A DNA stretch of 37,139 nt, taken from positions 1 to 37,139 of the IMG/VR virus record IMGVR_UViG_3300025033_000039; one strand, 5' to 3'. Below, one piece after another: positions 10,396-18,897 of the stretch. This stretch comes from a virus. Taxonomy: Duplodnaviria > Caudoviricetes. Under the pieces are notes generated by a model, which was given only the letters and a program-made list of their open reading frames with translations, searched no databases and was not told where the DNA came from. A program made the position numbers and the translations under genes. Every line of letters starts with the position of its first letter. The stretch's first letter is position 1.

Positions 10396-10970
10396 TACAT
10401 ATTCCTTACGCGATCAAAAGTGTCATCAGGGGATACTTGTGGGACTTTGAAAAAAGCATTCGCTTTCCTAGCTTCAGCTATTTTCCTGTCATAAACGACA
10501 GATATATTCGCCTTCTTAGTGTTAGATTGAGTCACCTCTTCACACATTTCTAAAGCCATACGTGCGGCTACTGCTTCTCTGAAAAGCATCGGCATAGCGT
10601 CGACTGATACTGTTTTGCTTACATATCTAAGATACAGGGGTGCCGTATCATCGGTCAATATTTTACCCGACTCAAGCTCCCAATCATCGTACACATCTGC
10701 GTCTTCTGGGTACTTAGGTGCGAACTTTATGAAGTCTGAAGGTACTGTGTACGCATGCGCTCTGCCCCAAGTAGGTGCCACTGCGTCTTCGGCAAGCGAA
10801 GCTCTTTTAATAGAAAAGCGCCAGACGTGAGCCTCTAGCTCCGCGACTAAAGAAGTCTCATAGCAAGAATTGCAGCTATTGGCATTTCGAGAATTTTCAG
10901 TCAAACTTGTTATGCGCTTAGCGCCTAAGTGCTGAAGTGCTCTATTGCAAATATCTACTTCGCTTGCCAT
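10395..10970 (-). CDS. Tail tubular protein A (adaptor)
   Basis: MASEVDICNRAL.HLG...ITSL, HVWRFS and LYLRYV motifs typical of podoviral adaptors. Confidence 0.88.
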   Translation of the reverse strand: MASEVDICNRALQHLGAKRITSLTENSRNANSCNSCYETSLVAELEAHVWRFSIKRASLAEDAVAPTWGRAHAYTVPSDFIKFAPKYPEDADVYDDWELESGKILTDDTAPLYLRYVSKTVSVDAMPMLFREAVAARMALEMCEEVTQSNTKKANISVVYDRKIAEARKANAFFKVPQVSPDDTFDRVRNM

Positions 10971-10982
10971 AGGAAAATCTCC

Positions 10983-11264
10983 TTAATACGGGACTCTAAC
11001 TAACCAAGCGTAGAAAGCACTCCCTGTCGCCGTTACAGCTCTGTAAGTTCCGGCTGGCAAGTCTAAACCCAAAAGACCATTTGCACTCAAAGTGGAACTC
11101 GGAACGTCTACGTAAGTGTCTTGTTTGGTTTTCAATTGCAACTTAACGCTTCCGCCGCCAAAAGTTCCTTCAGCTATGAAGGAGCATTTGCCGCCAGCAA
11201 AAGTTTTGTCGGCTTGGTTTCCAGCCCCTGCGTCCTCACAAAGAGTTACTGATTCTGATAACAT
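10983..11264 (-). CDS. Small beta-rich putative virion protein
   Basis: 93 aa within the late operon. Confidence 0.6.
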   Translation of the reverse strand: MLSESVTLCEDAGAGNQADKTFAGGKCSFIAEGTFGGGSVKLQLKTKQDTYVDVPSSTLSANGLLGLDLPAGTYRAVTATGSAFYAWLVRVPY

Positions 11265-11276
11265 TCAATTCACCAA

Positions 11277-11495
11277 TTAGGCCGGAAGCCATTCGCCTTC
11301 GAGAATGTGGTTTTTGATTTTGTCGATAGCGAGAAGTACTTCCTCTCTACTAAGTGACCTAGTTGATCCGCCTTCGTTGACTTCTGTATTAGCCAAGTCC
11401 ACGGTCAATTCAATGCTGTCTGAATCCGTAGCTGCGCCGACTTCTTCGGTCACTAGCTCGTCTCCTACGCTAAATTTATATCTTCGAGTAGCCAT
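11277..11495 (-). CDS. Small acidic late protein
   Basis: 72 aa with SD GAGGA upstream. Confidence 0.65.
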   Translation of the reverse strand: MATRRYKFSVGDELVTEEVGAATDSDSIELTVDLANTEVNEGGSTRSLSREEVLLAIDKIKNHILEGEWLPA

Positions 11496-11553
11496 ATGTT
11501 TCTATCCTCTCAATGTTTGAGAATGACGGCCCCTTGCGAGGCCGCCGTTCAAA

Positions 11554-12057
11554 TTAAATTGCGTAACGAGTTTTGAGTACCAAAGTTCCGCCATCGGCAG
11601 CAGCTTCAGTCAACGTAGCTACGATGTCATACTCTTTATTAGGATCTTCGGTCAAACCGAGAGCTTCCCAAAGGGGCATTTCCAAACTTTCGATTGGGAA
11701 AACACCTGACTCGTGAGCGATGTTCGTTCCCGCAAGAGCTGCAGCGTTGATATCCAAAGCACTAGCGAAGTGATCGGCGTCAACTACTGCGCCACCATTC
11801 TCCGTAGTCTCGTAGATACCGAAGTCCGCGTCCCCCGTAGCCCCCACGTCATCAGAGTGCAAAAGCAACTCTGAGATGCGAGCATTCGAAGGGATTCTTG
11901 CGAAAATATACTTCGACCCGATAGACGCCGATGCTGATACTTCACAAATCCCGATGTTCTCCAATAGATTTGCTTTCACAAGTCTTGAGTTAGCTAGGAC
12001 TCGTGGAGTCGCGTCGCGGTCGGTGATAACTGATGATTTTACTGTTTCTAATGCCAT
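11554..12057 (-). CDS. Capsid decoration/cement protein (putative)
   Basis: 167 aa beta-rich protein directly after the capsid gene; SD AAGGAG. Confidence 0.6.
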   Translation of the reverse strand: MALETVKSSVITDRDATPRVLANSRLVKANLLENIGICEVSASASIGSKYIFARIPSNARISELLLHSDDVGATGDADFGIYETTENGGAVVDADHFASALDINAAALAGTNIAHESGVFPIESLEMPLWEALGLTEDPNKEYDIVATLTEAAADGGTLVLKTRYAI

Positions 12058-12067
12058 CTCTTACTCC

Positions 12068-12949
12068 TTATTCCGCGCACTTGACTTCGACAATCTTTTT
12101 CTCTTCAGTACGGGTCGCGCCCATACTCATCTTGAGATAAGCCTGCCAAGGGAGACCTGAAAGGTCCTTACGACGATCGATGTCTGTGACAACGTCTTCC
12201 CAAGTGCCTAGGTGCATTCCTGATTTAACCCACATTGGGCATCTTCGGTAGCCGTTTCCGTCTACTGGCAAACGCTCAGAGTGGATGAAGTTAACACCCA
12301 TGAATCTCATGACTCTTCCGTCAACTAAGACGGGTCGGTCGTTGAAATCCGTAGAGATGATTTGTGATTGCGCAAGCAAATCATCATGTTGTTCTGCTGT
12401 GATGCCCATATAAACTTCTTCGTCTTGGTCAACTTCGTGAGCTAAGAGAATTTTCTTCCCTGCTCGAAGTTTAGCAACGATAAGGCCTGAGTTTCCGGCA
12501 GATCCTTCGTCAACCGCTACGACGTTGCCCGCTAGGAAACTAGTTGTACTAGTTCCTGTTTTGCCTGTCTTAGCGTCTGCGAAGAACGCGTCTACGATAA
12601 TGTCGTCTTTTTTACGGTTAGCAGCTGCTAGCGCGTTCTGGACGTATTTACCTTTAGGGTCTGTGATCATGCGAAGTTCATCGCGTGGATCGACGAGTTG
12701 TGGAAGATCGAAATCTGACGGGCTAACCCATCTACGATCGTTTGGTGCATCGACTCGCCCAATTGGGCCGAATCGTCCCACGACCTCTTGCATTTCGATA
12801 GCGCCGTATTGATCTACGGGGGACGCTTGCTCACCTGAGTGAGATCCTGTCATAACGAATGCAGAGAACCGGGAATCTTTTTGCTGGAGAAGTAGGTCAA
12901 TCGTGTTGGCATACTCCTTGACATAGTGGCTTGGTAAATAAATACTCAT
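12068..12949 (-). CDS. Major capsid protein
   Basis: LLLQQKDSR, STDFN..PVL..G.V.RFMGVNFI and MGATRTEEKKIVEV motifs of BPP-1-like capsids; SD AAGGAG; follows scaffold. Confidence 0.9.
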   Translation of the reverse strand: MSIYLPSHYVKEYANTIDLLLQQKDSRFSAFVMTGSHSGEQASPVDQYGAIEMQEVVGRFGPIGRVDAPNDRRWVSPSDFDLPQLVDPRDELRMITDPKGKYVQNALAAANRKKDDIIVDAFFADAKTGKTGTSTTSFLAGNVVAVDEGSAGNSGLIVAKLRAGKKILLAHEVDQDEEVYMGITAEQHDDLLAQSQIISTDFNDRPVLVDGRVMRFMGVNFIHSERLPVDGNGYRRCPMWVKSGMHLGTWEDVVTDIDRRKDLSGLPWQAYLKMSMGATRTEEKKIVEVKCAE

Positions 12950-13016
12950 GGTACTCTCCTTAAAAATTTAAAAATAAATTTCCTTCAAAGAGCTTGTCTG
13001 CGATGCAGGGCTTTTT

Positions 13017-13292
13017 TCAGTCAAATAGCTTTGTGTTCGCTTTCGAACTGTCACCGGGGGCACCTTTTCCCTTACCCGTATTTTGCGGTTTTACGTTGGA
13101 GTTATCTACTTTCGCAGGCTCGCTTACCGCAGGTTCAGTTTCAGCCGTATCAGCTTTAGCGAACTGTCCCTCTTCCATAATCCAATCGAAGTGCCTTTGG
13201 GCTACTTCGGTGATTGCACCGTGACCTTTTAGGTTTTCGGTATTTCCGAGTTTCAAACATTCAAGCCTAATCTGCGCTCTAACCTTATCCAT
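13017..13292 (-). CDS. Small protein between scaffold and capsid
   Basis: Track ORF 13017..13322; start moved to ATG 13292, which has an AAGGAG SD. Confidence 0.6.
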   Translation of the reverse strand: MDKVRAQIRLECLKLGNTENLKGHGAITEVAQRHFDWIMEEGQFAKADTAETEPAVSEPAKVDNSNVKPQNTGKGKGAPGDSSKANTKLFD

Positions 13293-13331
13293 AATAATCT
13301 CCTTAGTTCTTTGATAAATCAATAGCTCTGG

Positions 13332-14195
13332 TTATTTTTCTTCTGGCGGCGGGTATGCCTGAGCATGAAGGTCTTTCCACTCTTGAGTGGCTGCAGCTTC
13401 GCCTGCAGCAAATCTGCGCATGAAATCATCGTCATTCTTCTTAGACGCAATTTTAGCTTGAGCTTGTTGCGGCGTGTTAGTGAACTTGCCATCTCCGCCG
13501 CTGCCTTCTACAAAACTGTGTTCGCCAAGTCCTGCGCCGATTTTATGCATGAATTTCATGACTCCACCGTAGCCCATAACCGCTTCGAGCTTATCAACTG
13601 TTTCCGTGTCGAGGCCAAACTTCTTAGCAGCTAGTTTAGCGACATCTGTATTTTGATCGTAAGCTTGTCCCCATTCTTTTTTAAGCTCGTTATCCTGCTT
13701 CTCAAAATTTAGTTTTTGAGCTTCTACTGCTGCACTATCCGAAGACGCTGCGAAATCATTGAAGCTCTTAACGAGAGATTCTGCTTGAGATCTATTGAGC
13801 CCTAACTCGTGAAAAGTGGTCTCAGCCCACTCGAAAAACTTAGCGTCGTGCTCTGGGAGCTCTTTGCCTTCTTCAAGATCTGGGCGGAGCATGTACTCTT
13901 TGGGGTCTTTAGGGCGGCCTAGTTTATCGTAGATCGACGCCATCGCTTCTTTATCGGTCGCGTCTTGCGGAAGCTTCAAAAGTTTATCTTCAGAGACGCC
14001 TCTTAGTTTTTCGAGATTCCTATAACTATTGGCCAAAGACTCTGCGTTCTCGAAGCCTTTTGTGGATACGAAATCTTTAAGTTCGGCGTCAGTGAAACTA
14101 GAAGACCAATGTTCGGTGCTCGTGCCCCCCTGCGCTTTATCCCCAGCAGTGTCGGTTTCGGTCGTAGTTGTCGTTGTAGTCGCTTCTCCAGGCAT
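13332..14195 (-). CDS. Scaffolding protein
   Basis: SYRNLEKL, KLGRP..P.EY and LKKEWG..YD motifs; acidic; between portal and capsid. Confidence 0.85.
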   Translation of the reverse strand: MPGEATTTTTTTETDTAGDKAQGGTSTEHWSSSFTDAELKDFVSTKGFENAESLANSYRNLEKLRGVSEDKLLKLPQDATDKEAMASIYDKLGRPKDPKEYMLRPDLEEGKELPEHDAKFFEWAETTFHELGLNRSQAESLVKSFNDFAASSDSAAVEAQKLNFEKQDNELKKEWGQAYDQNTDVAKLAAKKFGLDTETVDKLEAVMGYGGVMKFMHKIGAGLGEHSFVEGSGGDGKFTNTPQQAQAKIASKKNDDDFMRRFAAGEAAATQEWKDLHAQAYPPPEEK

Positions 14196-14197
14196 AG

Positions 14198-14461
14198 TTA
14201 TAGATCCTTCCCTTTAGCTGCGTAAATCCTATACAGCTCTTCTTGTGATAAATTAAGATGATTTTGAATTCTGAGCCACACTTCTCTGCGGCCCTCTAAT
14301 ACATAAGTAGCTCTACTGTCGCTCGGTACGACACACGTTTTATCCGCCCTGCAAAATTTCGCGAGATCGGCGAGAACAGGTAGCGTCCCTGTATTCTCTT
14401 TATCGAAAACAGCTTTATAGTAAAAAGCTCTTTTATTTAAGAAATCTAAAACTTTTTGCAT
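14198..14461 (-). CDS. Bbp19-like head assembly protein
   Basis: VLADLAKFC...EGRREVWLRI motif, directly downstream of the portal. Confidence 0.75.
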   Translation of the reverse strand: MQKVLDFLNKRAFYYKAVFDKENTGTLPVLADLAKFCRADKTCVVPSDSRATYVLEGRREVWLRIQNHLNLSQEELYRIYAAKGKDL

Positions 14462-14469
14462 ACACCCTT

Positions 14470-16122
14470 TTATTGAGCAGACTCAGCTTTAGTCGCAGAG
14501 TTAGCCAATGCGGCCACACCCGGAGCGGCTTCCACAGCCTGCTGCGCTTGTTGTTGCTCAGCCCTACCTTGCCGTATCTGCTGAACTTCGTCAATCGACC
14601 GTCTCCATTTCGCAGGCACACCTTGCTGATCGGCTACTTCGGGGATGATTACGTCCCAATCGTAGTGGTCAAGCGGCGCAGGGTTTTGAGTTACGTTAAC
14701 GACTTGCAGCGTAAACTCTACACTTCTCATGAGCCCTGAAGTCTCTTCAGCTTTTTGAGCTCTTGAAAGTGGCGACTCATACTCAATCTCGTACTCACCT
14801 TGTGCCTCGATCATAGCCGGGGGCATTGCTGGCAGAAGATTTTGCTCAGAGAGAACATCGAGCTCTCTTTCGATCATAGGCCCTAAGTACTCAGATTGCT
14901 GTCTGCCGACCGTAGGGGCAAGGAGCATACCTTTTTCCTTAGTTCTCTCTACAACTTCAGTAGCGGTCATTTGAGGATTCTCAGCGAGAATCTGAAATAA
15001 ACTCACTAAGAAAATGTCGTTGATATCATTTTTCTCAAGCTCCATAAGATCTTTACCGACTTGGTAGTTCCCTGTCTTAAGAGTCTTGACCAATTCTCTA
15101 CCTTGAGAATCGAGCCCGCCATAATTCACAGCCCCCGATCTAAGAGAAAAATCATCCATGACGCCGTCATCAAAAGCCAAAAGAACAGGGTCTACAATTC
15201 TCTGACCAACTTTGAGTTGCGTTTTCTTTTCTTCATTTAAAGTCCTAGCTGCGGGGTAAGCATCCATAGCGGGACTACGTCCGAAAACCTCATTCGGCGC
15301 TTGCCTGTATCGAGGTGTCGAATACGGGAACGAAGTGTAGCCGCCTTCGTCAACTAGATGCTTGCCTTCTTCAGAAATGTAGTAACTGGCAAAAGGCATC
15401 CCTTTGAAGTCAACTCTGTCGGGGTCGACATCTTCTCTAGGTTTAACTACATGGAGAAACTGAAATTCGCATTCAGGATCTTTCTCTAGTTTTTTAACAA
15501 TAGCTTCGGGCAGTTTATCTGCACCCCATTTTTGCTCGGCCTGTCTCGCTGTCATCGGATAATATCTAAGGACCGTATCTACAATCCCTTGATGATTCTC
15601 TTTAAAAAATATCTCTCCAATGAAACAAGATTTATATCTCAGACCTTTTTCGCCGCGTCCGCGAAGTTTATCAGTGAACATACATGCAGAGCCGTAGCCG
15701 CCAAGATGTTGGTACACGTCCTGGTTCTGACTTGCGAAGTTCGCTTTTGGAGCGTAACGGTATTTGAATAAAAGTTTATTAGCCTCGTCGAACCAAAGTT
15801 TTGTCTCACGATCTTTCAATAGATCCGGATTCGAAGGTTTGAGCCGGTGCCAGGTTGCGTTTCTTGGGGTGAGAAGTGAATCCAGAATAGCGGCAAAACG
15901 ACTAAGAGCCTGAACAGGAGTAGAATCGTATATCTTCCCGTTTCTCTTCTCGCCTTTAGTTGCGTGCCCTCTAGCGCCGAATAAAGTCTTGTGTCCAGGC
16001 CAGAACATCTCTGAAGTGTCACGCCAATTAGATTCAATGTTAGACCTACTGGAGATACACTTTTCAAGTTCTTTCAGGTGTCTTGCTGCGATCTCTGCGT
16101 TGGCTTCACTTTGTTTTTTCAT
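14470..16122 (-). CDS. Portal protein (head-tail connector)
   Basis: 550 aa with IYDST, EVFGRSPAM, MTATEV.ER..EK and YESPLSRAQK motifs. Confidence 0.93.
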   Translation of the reverse strand: MKKQSEANAEIAARHLKELEKCISSRSNIESNWRDTSEMFWPGHKTLFGARGHATKGEKRNGKIYDSTPVQALSRFAAILDSLLTPRNATWHRLKPSNPDLLKDRETKLWFDEANKLLFKYRYAPKANFASQNQDVYQHLGGYGSACMFTDKLRGRGEKGLRYKSCFIGEIFFKENHQGIVDTVLRYYPMTARQAEQKWGADKLPEAIVKKLEKDPECEFQFLHVVKPREDVDPDRVDFKGMPFASYYISEEGKHLVDEGGYTSFPYSTPRYRQAPNEVFGRSPAMDAYPAARTLNEEKKTQLKVGQRIVDPVLLAFDDGVMDDFSLRSGAVNYGGLDSQGRELVKTLKTGNYQVGKDLMELEKNDINDIFLVSLFQILAENPQMTATEVVERTKEKGMLLAPTVGRQQSEYLGPMIERELDVLSEQNLLPAMPPAMIEAQGEYEIEYESPLSRAQKAEETSGLMRSVEFTLQVVNVTQNPAPLDHYDWDVIIPEVADQQGVPAKWRRSIDEVQQIRQGRAEQQQAQQAVEAAPGVAALANSATKAESAQ

Positions 16123-16401
16123 TTAAGCACCTAGTAAAGTTTTCCTAGCCATAGACCCACCCATGCCGCCTGCGCCCGCAAATAAAGTTTGGGTTCTCTG
16201 ACCTGGGCCTAGTAACGAGTCTCTTTGATCGGCTATTTTCTTTTGTCTAGCTTGGTACTCTTCGTTAAACACGTTAAGCTTTTCTTTGGCGAAACCGTCC
16301 GTAGAAGCCTGATTTCTGGTAACGCTTCTCTCTTTATTGAAATCGGAATCGGAAAGCGAAGAAAGCCTCGCTCGTTCTTGACCTAAAATATCTACGCTCA
16401 T
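16123..16401 (-). CDS. Small pre-portal protein
   Basis: 92 aa ending in KTLLGA, a C-terminus typical of this gene slot. Confidence 0.7.
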   Translation of the reverse strand: MSVDILGQERARLSSLSDSDFNKERSVTRNQASTDGFAKEKLNVFNEEYQARQKKIADQRDSLLGPGQRTQTLFAGAGGMGGSMARKTLLGA

Positions 16402-16407
16402 TTCTAT

Positions 16408-16436
16408 AGGCTACTTTCAAAAAGCGTCGCAGTCTA
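16408..16436 (-). promoter_or_regulatory. Putative sigma70-type promoter of the head/tail operon (leaderless)
   Basis: TAGACT-17-TAGCCT, 6 nt before ATG 16401; no SD. Confidence 0.5.
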
Positions 16437-17967
16437 CGCCGTCAGCTACTCGCTTTCGACGCTTACGATGTTTTGACGCTATGCGGTCTTTTCTCGCCAC
16501 TCTAACGTGGAAGGTGCAAGCCAAAGCATCAGCGAAGTCGGGTGAAGATAGTCCGCGCTTTTTCATCTTCTCTTTGGGTTCTAAAATAATCTTGTCGCTA
16601 GATCCTTGGAAATAATACTCGGGCCCTACTAAGTCGTCACTAAGTTTATCGAGGTTCTCTGGAATACACCCGCCGCCAAGCCACTCTTTCATCTTAGCCC
16701 AAAGTTCAGTTCTTCTATTCGCCCACGCATCATCTTCACTAGCGCCGCCAAACCAAACTTCATGCACCTTGAAACCCATCTCTCTGAGCCTATCGATGAT
16801 TCCTGTGCCATTGCCTGCATCAATACAGACGGCGTCGGGGTCCGTCTTGTTGATCCAATCGGCGCAGATGTTGGCCACTTCCATATTGTCTTTACCTTTA
16901 AGTTCTATCGGGGCGATCGATCTCGCATCCCTGCCGCGCCTGAAATATATGACAGTCGAATCGTCACCAAACCTTGCGGGGTCAACACCCATGATAAGAC
17001 CCGAGTAGTCGTCTGAATCCATTTGCCTCTCTTGGGCTTTAGACACGAGTTCTCTACCGATGAACTGAGAGTCGCCAGTTCGAGGGAATTCCCCTTTAAC
17101 CTCGACCCGTGCTTCGTCAGAATCCTCACCGTGCTTTTCGATGATAGCTTCATAGACTTTTTGGTCCGTACCCTCGACAGTTCTAGAGTCGATCCTCGCG
17201 TTCTTCCAAAAGTTCCTATGTTTGTGGAAGGTCTGAAAGAAAGCCCCCGTGTTACGACGCGGGTTAGAAAAGGCGAACCAATACCTATGCAGAACAGGCT
17301 CCGTGAAGAAACCTTCCGACACAGACCAAATAGCTTCAGGGATACCGGACGCCTCGTCGTAAACAAGAGTGACACCGTTCATATTGTGCACACCGGCAAA
17401 AGCGTCGGGTTCTTCTTCAGACCAAAGCTGCGCTTGTGCATAGTAATATCCGGTGTCAATCTGAAGCTCTTCTTTAAGCTGCTCTTCGAACCACGGCATG
17501 ATCTTCAAAGCCATTGTTGATTTATCAAACCAATGAGAGTTAATCGCCATTGTGTGCCACTTACCGAGCTCGGCCCAAGTACGAGACTTCAACTGTGCTT
17601 CAGTGTTGGCGGTCGTGATAGATGTCGAGCCTAAGTTACAACTCATTGACCATAGATTGATCCACGCAACGAGCGCGGACTTTCCAATACCACGACCGGA
17701 AGCGGTTGAGCTTTGATAAATTTTTGGGTGTTGCCCCGCTATAATCGCTCTTCGGTTCTGCGCAATATGATCGGTGATAGCTTCCAGTTCGGCCAATTGC
17801 CATGAGCGGGGTTCTTTGAATGAAGCTAGAGGGGTGTTCGGCTTGCCCCAAGGGAAGGCAAACATAACGAACTTTCTGAGATCGAAGGCTATCTGCCCGT
17901 CCCATATCTCCGTCATCAATGCTTGTTCGTCAGCCGCCGAATATTTGCTTTGCTTTCTTATTGACAC
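16417..17967 (-). CDS. terL: Terminase large subunit
   Basis: Walker A SGRGIGKS, Walker B VYDEA, nuclease motifs GVDPARFGDD and SPDFADAL. Confidence 0.95.
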   Translation of the reverse strand: MSIRKQSKYSAADEQALMTEIWDGQIAFDLRKFVMFAFPWGKPNTPLASFKEPRSWQLAELEAITDHIAQNRRAIIAGQHPKIYQSSTASGRGIGKSALVAWINLWSMSCNLGSTSITTANTEAQLKSRTWAELGKWHTMAINSHWFDKSTMALKIMPWFEEQLKEELQIDTGYYYAQAQLWSEEEPDAFAGVHNMNGVTLVYDEASGIPEAIWSVSEGFFTEPVLHRYWFAFSNPRRNTGAFFQTFHKHRNFWKNARIDSRTVEGTDQKVYEAIIEKHGEDSDEARVEVKGEFPRTGDSQFIGRELVSKAQERQMDSDDYSGLIMGVDPARFGDDSTVIYFRRGRDARSIAPIELKGKDNMEVANICADWINKTDPDAVCIDAGNGTGIIDRLREMGFKVHEVWFGGASEDDAWANRRTELWAKMKEWLGGGCIPENLDKLSDDLVGPEYYFQGSSDKIILEPKEKMKKRGLSSPDFADALACTFHVRVARKDRIASKHRKRRKRVADGVDCDAF

Positions 17968-17973
17968 TCGAAA

Positions 17974-18002
17974 AAGCTATCACGCTTTTTTGAACTTGAC
18001 AC
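17974..18002 (-). promoter_or_regulatory. Putative terL promoter (extended -10, leaderless GTG)
   Basis: GTGTCA-17-TAGCTT with TGn extension, 6 nt before GTG 17967; no SD. Confidence 0.45.
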
Positions 18003-18024
18003 TACATCGACATTGAAAGATCCT
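17996..18024 (+). promoter_or_regulatory. Putative promoter for the ncRNA-tRNA transcript
   Basis: TTGACA-17-GATCCT, overlapping the divergent terL promoter. Confidence 0.45.
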
Positions 18025-18060
18025 TCTATCCATCAGGCCAAGAATATCCTTTCTAAACTT

Positions 18061-18209
18061 GATACGACTAGCCGGGAAGGCCATAGCTAGAACTTCTTTT
18101 GATCAGGCGTTATGAACCGGATCGTTGTTGTTTTAAATACTTATCTTAGAGCGTCGCAACTCAAAGACTTCCCGGCAGCCAACTTCAGACCTTTCGGGGT
18201 TCACGTATC
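18061..18209 (+). ncRNA. Unclassified structured RNA upstream of the tRNA
   Basis: Nested helices GATACG/CGTATC, GCCGGGAAG/CTTCCCGGC and TCTTT(T)GA/TCAAAGA, a hairpin at 18124-18160 and a UUCG-capped hairpin at 18188-18201; G-U pairs favour the plus strand. Confidence 0.55.
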
Positions 18210-18224
18210 GCATGGTTCACGTAT

Positions 18225-18299
18225 TGCGGGGTAGCTCAGTGGGAGAGCGTCGGGTTCATAATCCGAAAGTCGGTAGTTCAATTCTACCCCCCGCAACCA
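18225..18299 (+). tRNA. tRNA-Met(CAT), initiator-like, CCA encoded
   Basis: Cloverleaf: TGCGGGG/CCCCGCA, D stem GCTC/GAGC, anticodon arm TCGGG-TTCATAA-TCCGA, T arm GGTAG-TTCAATT-CTACC, then ACCA. Confidence 0.95.
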
Positions 18300-18302
18300 A
18301 TA

Positions 18303-18710
18303 TCAATAAGAAACTTTATGACTCGGGTGCGGATATGGATGCGTTTGCCAAGAGGACAATCTGCGGCCATCTGCGCCAAGCATTGGGTCGGCACCCACAG
18401 GTGCATAAACCTTTTCGCACCTCGCTAGCTCCCTAACTACCGTGTCTCCGACTTCTATCGGATTCTCAGGATCCGGCGAAAAATAAAATTTAGTGAGGCT
18501 TTTGGCTGGCGCGATAGCGTTGCCATTATCATCGAAATATCTTTTAGAGCCTCGGGCGACGTCTTGCTTTTTAGGCTGGGGATTAAAGTTTTCGGCTGAT
18601 TCTTGGCAGGATGCGTGGTCTTCTTTAGGTATTACTCGATGGGTGCAATCGGTTAAATAAGGGAAGAAGTTCGTGGCTATGCAGGTTATGAAGGTTAGAG
18701 CGTATGTCAT
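18303..18710 (-). CDS. Hypothetical protein (moron-like, between terS and terL)
   Basis: Start set at ATG 18710, 6 nt after a perfect TGtTATAAT. Confidence 0.65.
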   Translation of the reverse strand: MTYALTFITCIATNFFPYLTDCTHRVIPKEDHASCQESAENFNPQPKKQDVARGSKRYFDDNGNAIAPAKSLTKFYFSPDPENPIEVGDTVVRELARCEKVYAPVGADPMLGADGRRLSSWQTHPYPHPSHKVSY

Positions 18711-18716
18711 ACAATT

Positions 18717-18725
18717 ATTATAACA
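18717..18725 (-). promoter_or_regulatory. Extended -10 promoter (leaderless)
   Basis: TGTTATAAT-aattgt-ATG. Confidence 0.7.
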
Positions 18726-18897
18726 CACTGCGTCTCAAAAATCTCAAAAATAAAATAAATAGCTCTGAACCGGTTGAGAGGGAACGAAACGCGATTTAAC
18801 TTTGGCCCCCGCCCCCGTAACCCACGTACTTTCGATAACTTAGGAGTCCCATGGATTTGTAAGTGCCTGCTATCACTAATAGAGGAGTGGTGGTGCA

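Noticed and set aside
11526-11549. GC-rich hairpin after the decoration gene as a terminator
   Set aside because: Imperfect stem and no U-tract on the coding strand
12058-12110. T7-like capsid frameshift extension
   Set aside because: No clear slippery site, and the next gene has its own AAGGAG SD
16905-17375. Same-strand alternative-frame ORF inside terL
   Set aside because: Shadow-type composition; no SD or recognisable motif
31-17520. Many plus-strand ORFs opposite the structural genes
   Set aside because: Antisense shadows of well-supported minus-strand genes
18300-18380. Theta/HDV-like ribozyme after the tRNA
   Set aside because: The sequence is the 3' end of a convergent ORF and I could not build the nested pseudoknot
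18212-18436. 74-aa plus-strand ORF
   Set aside because: Runs through the tRNA and antisense to another gene
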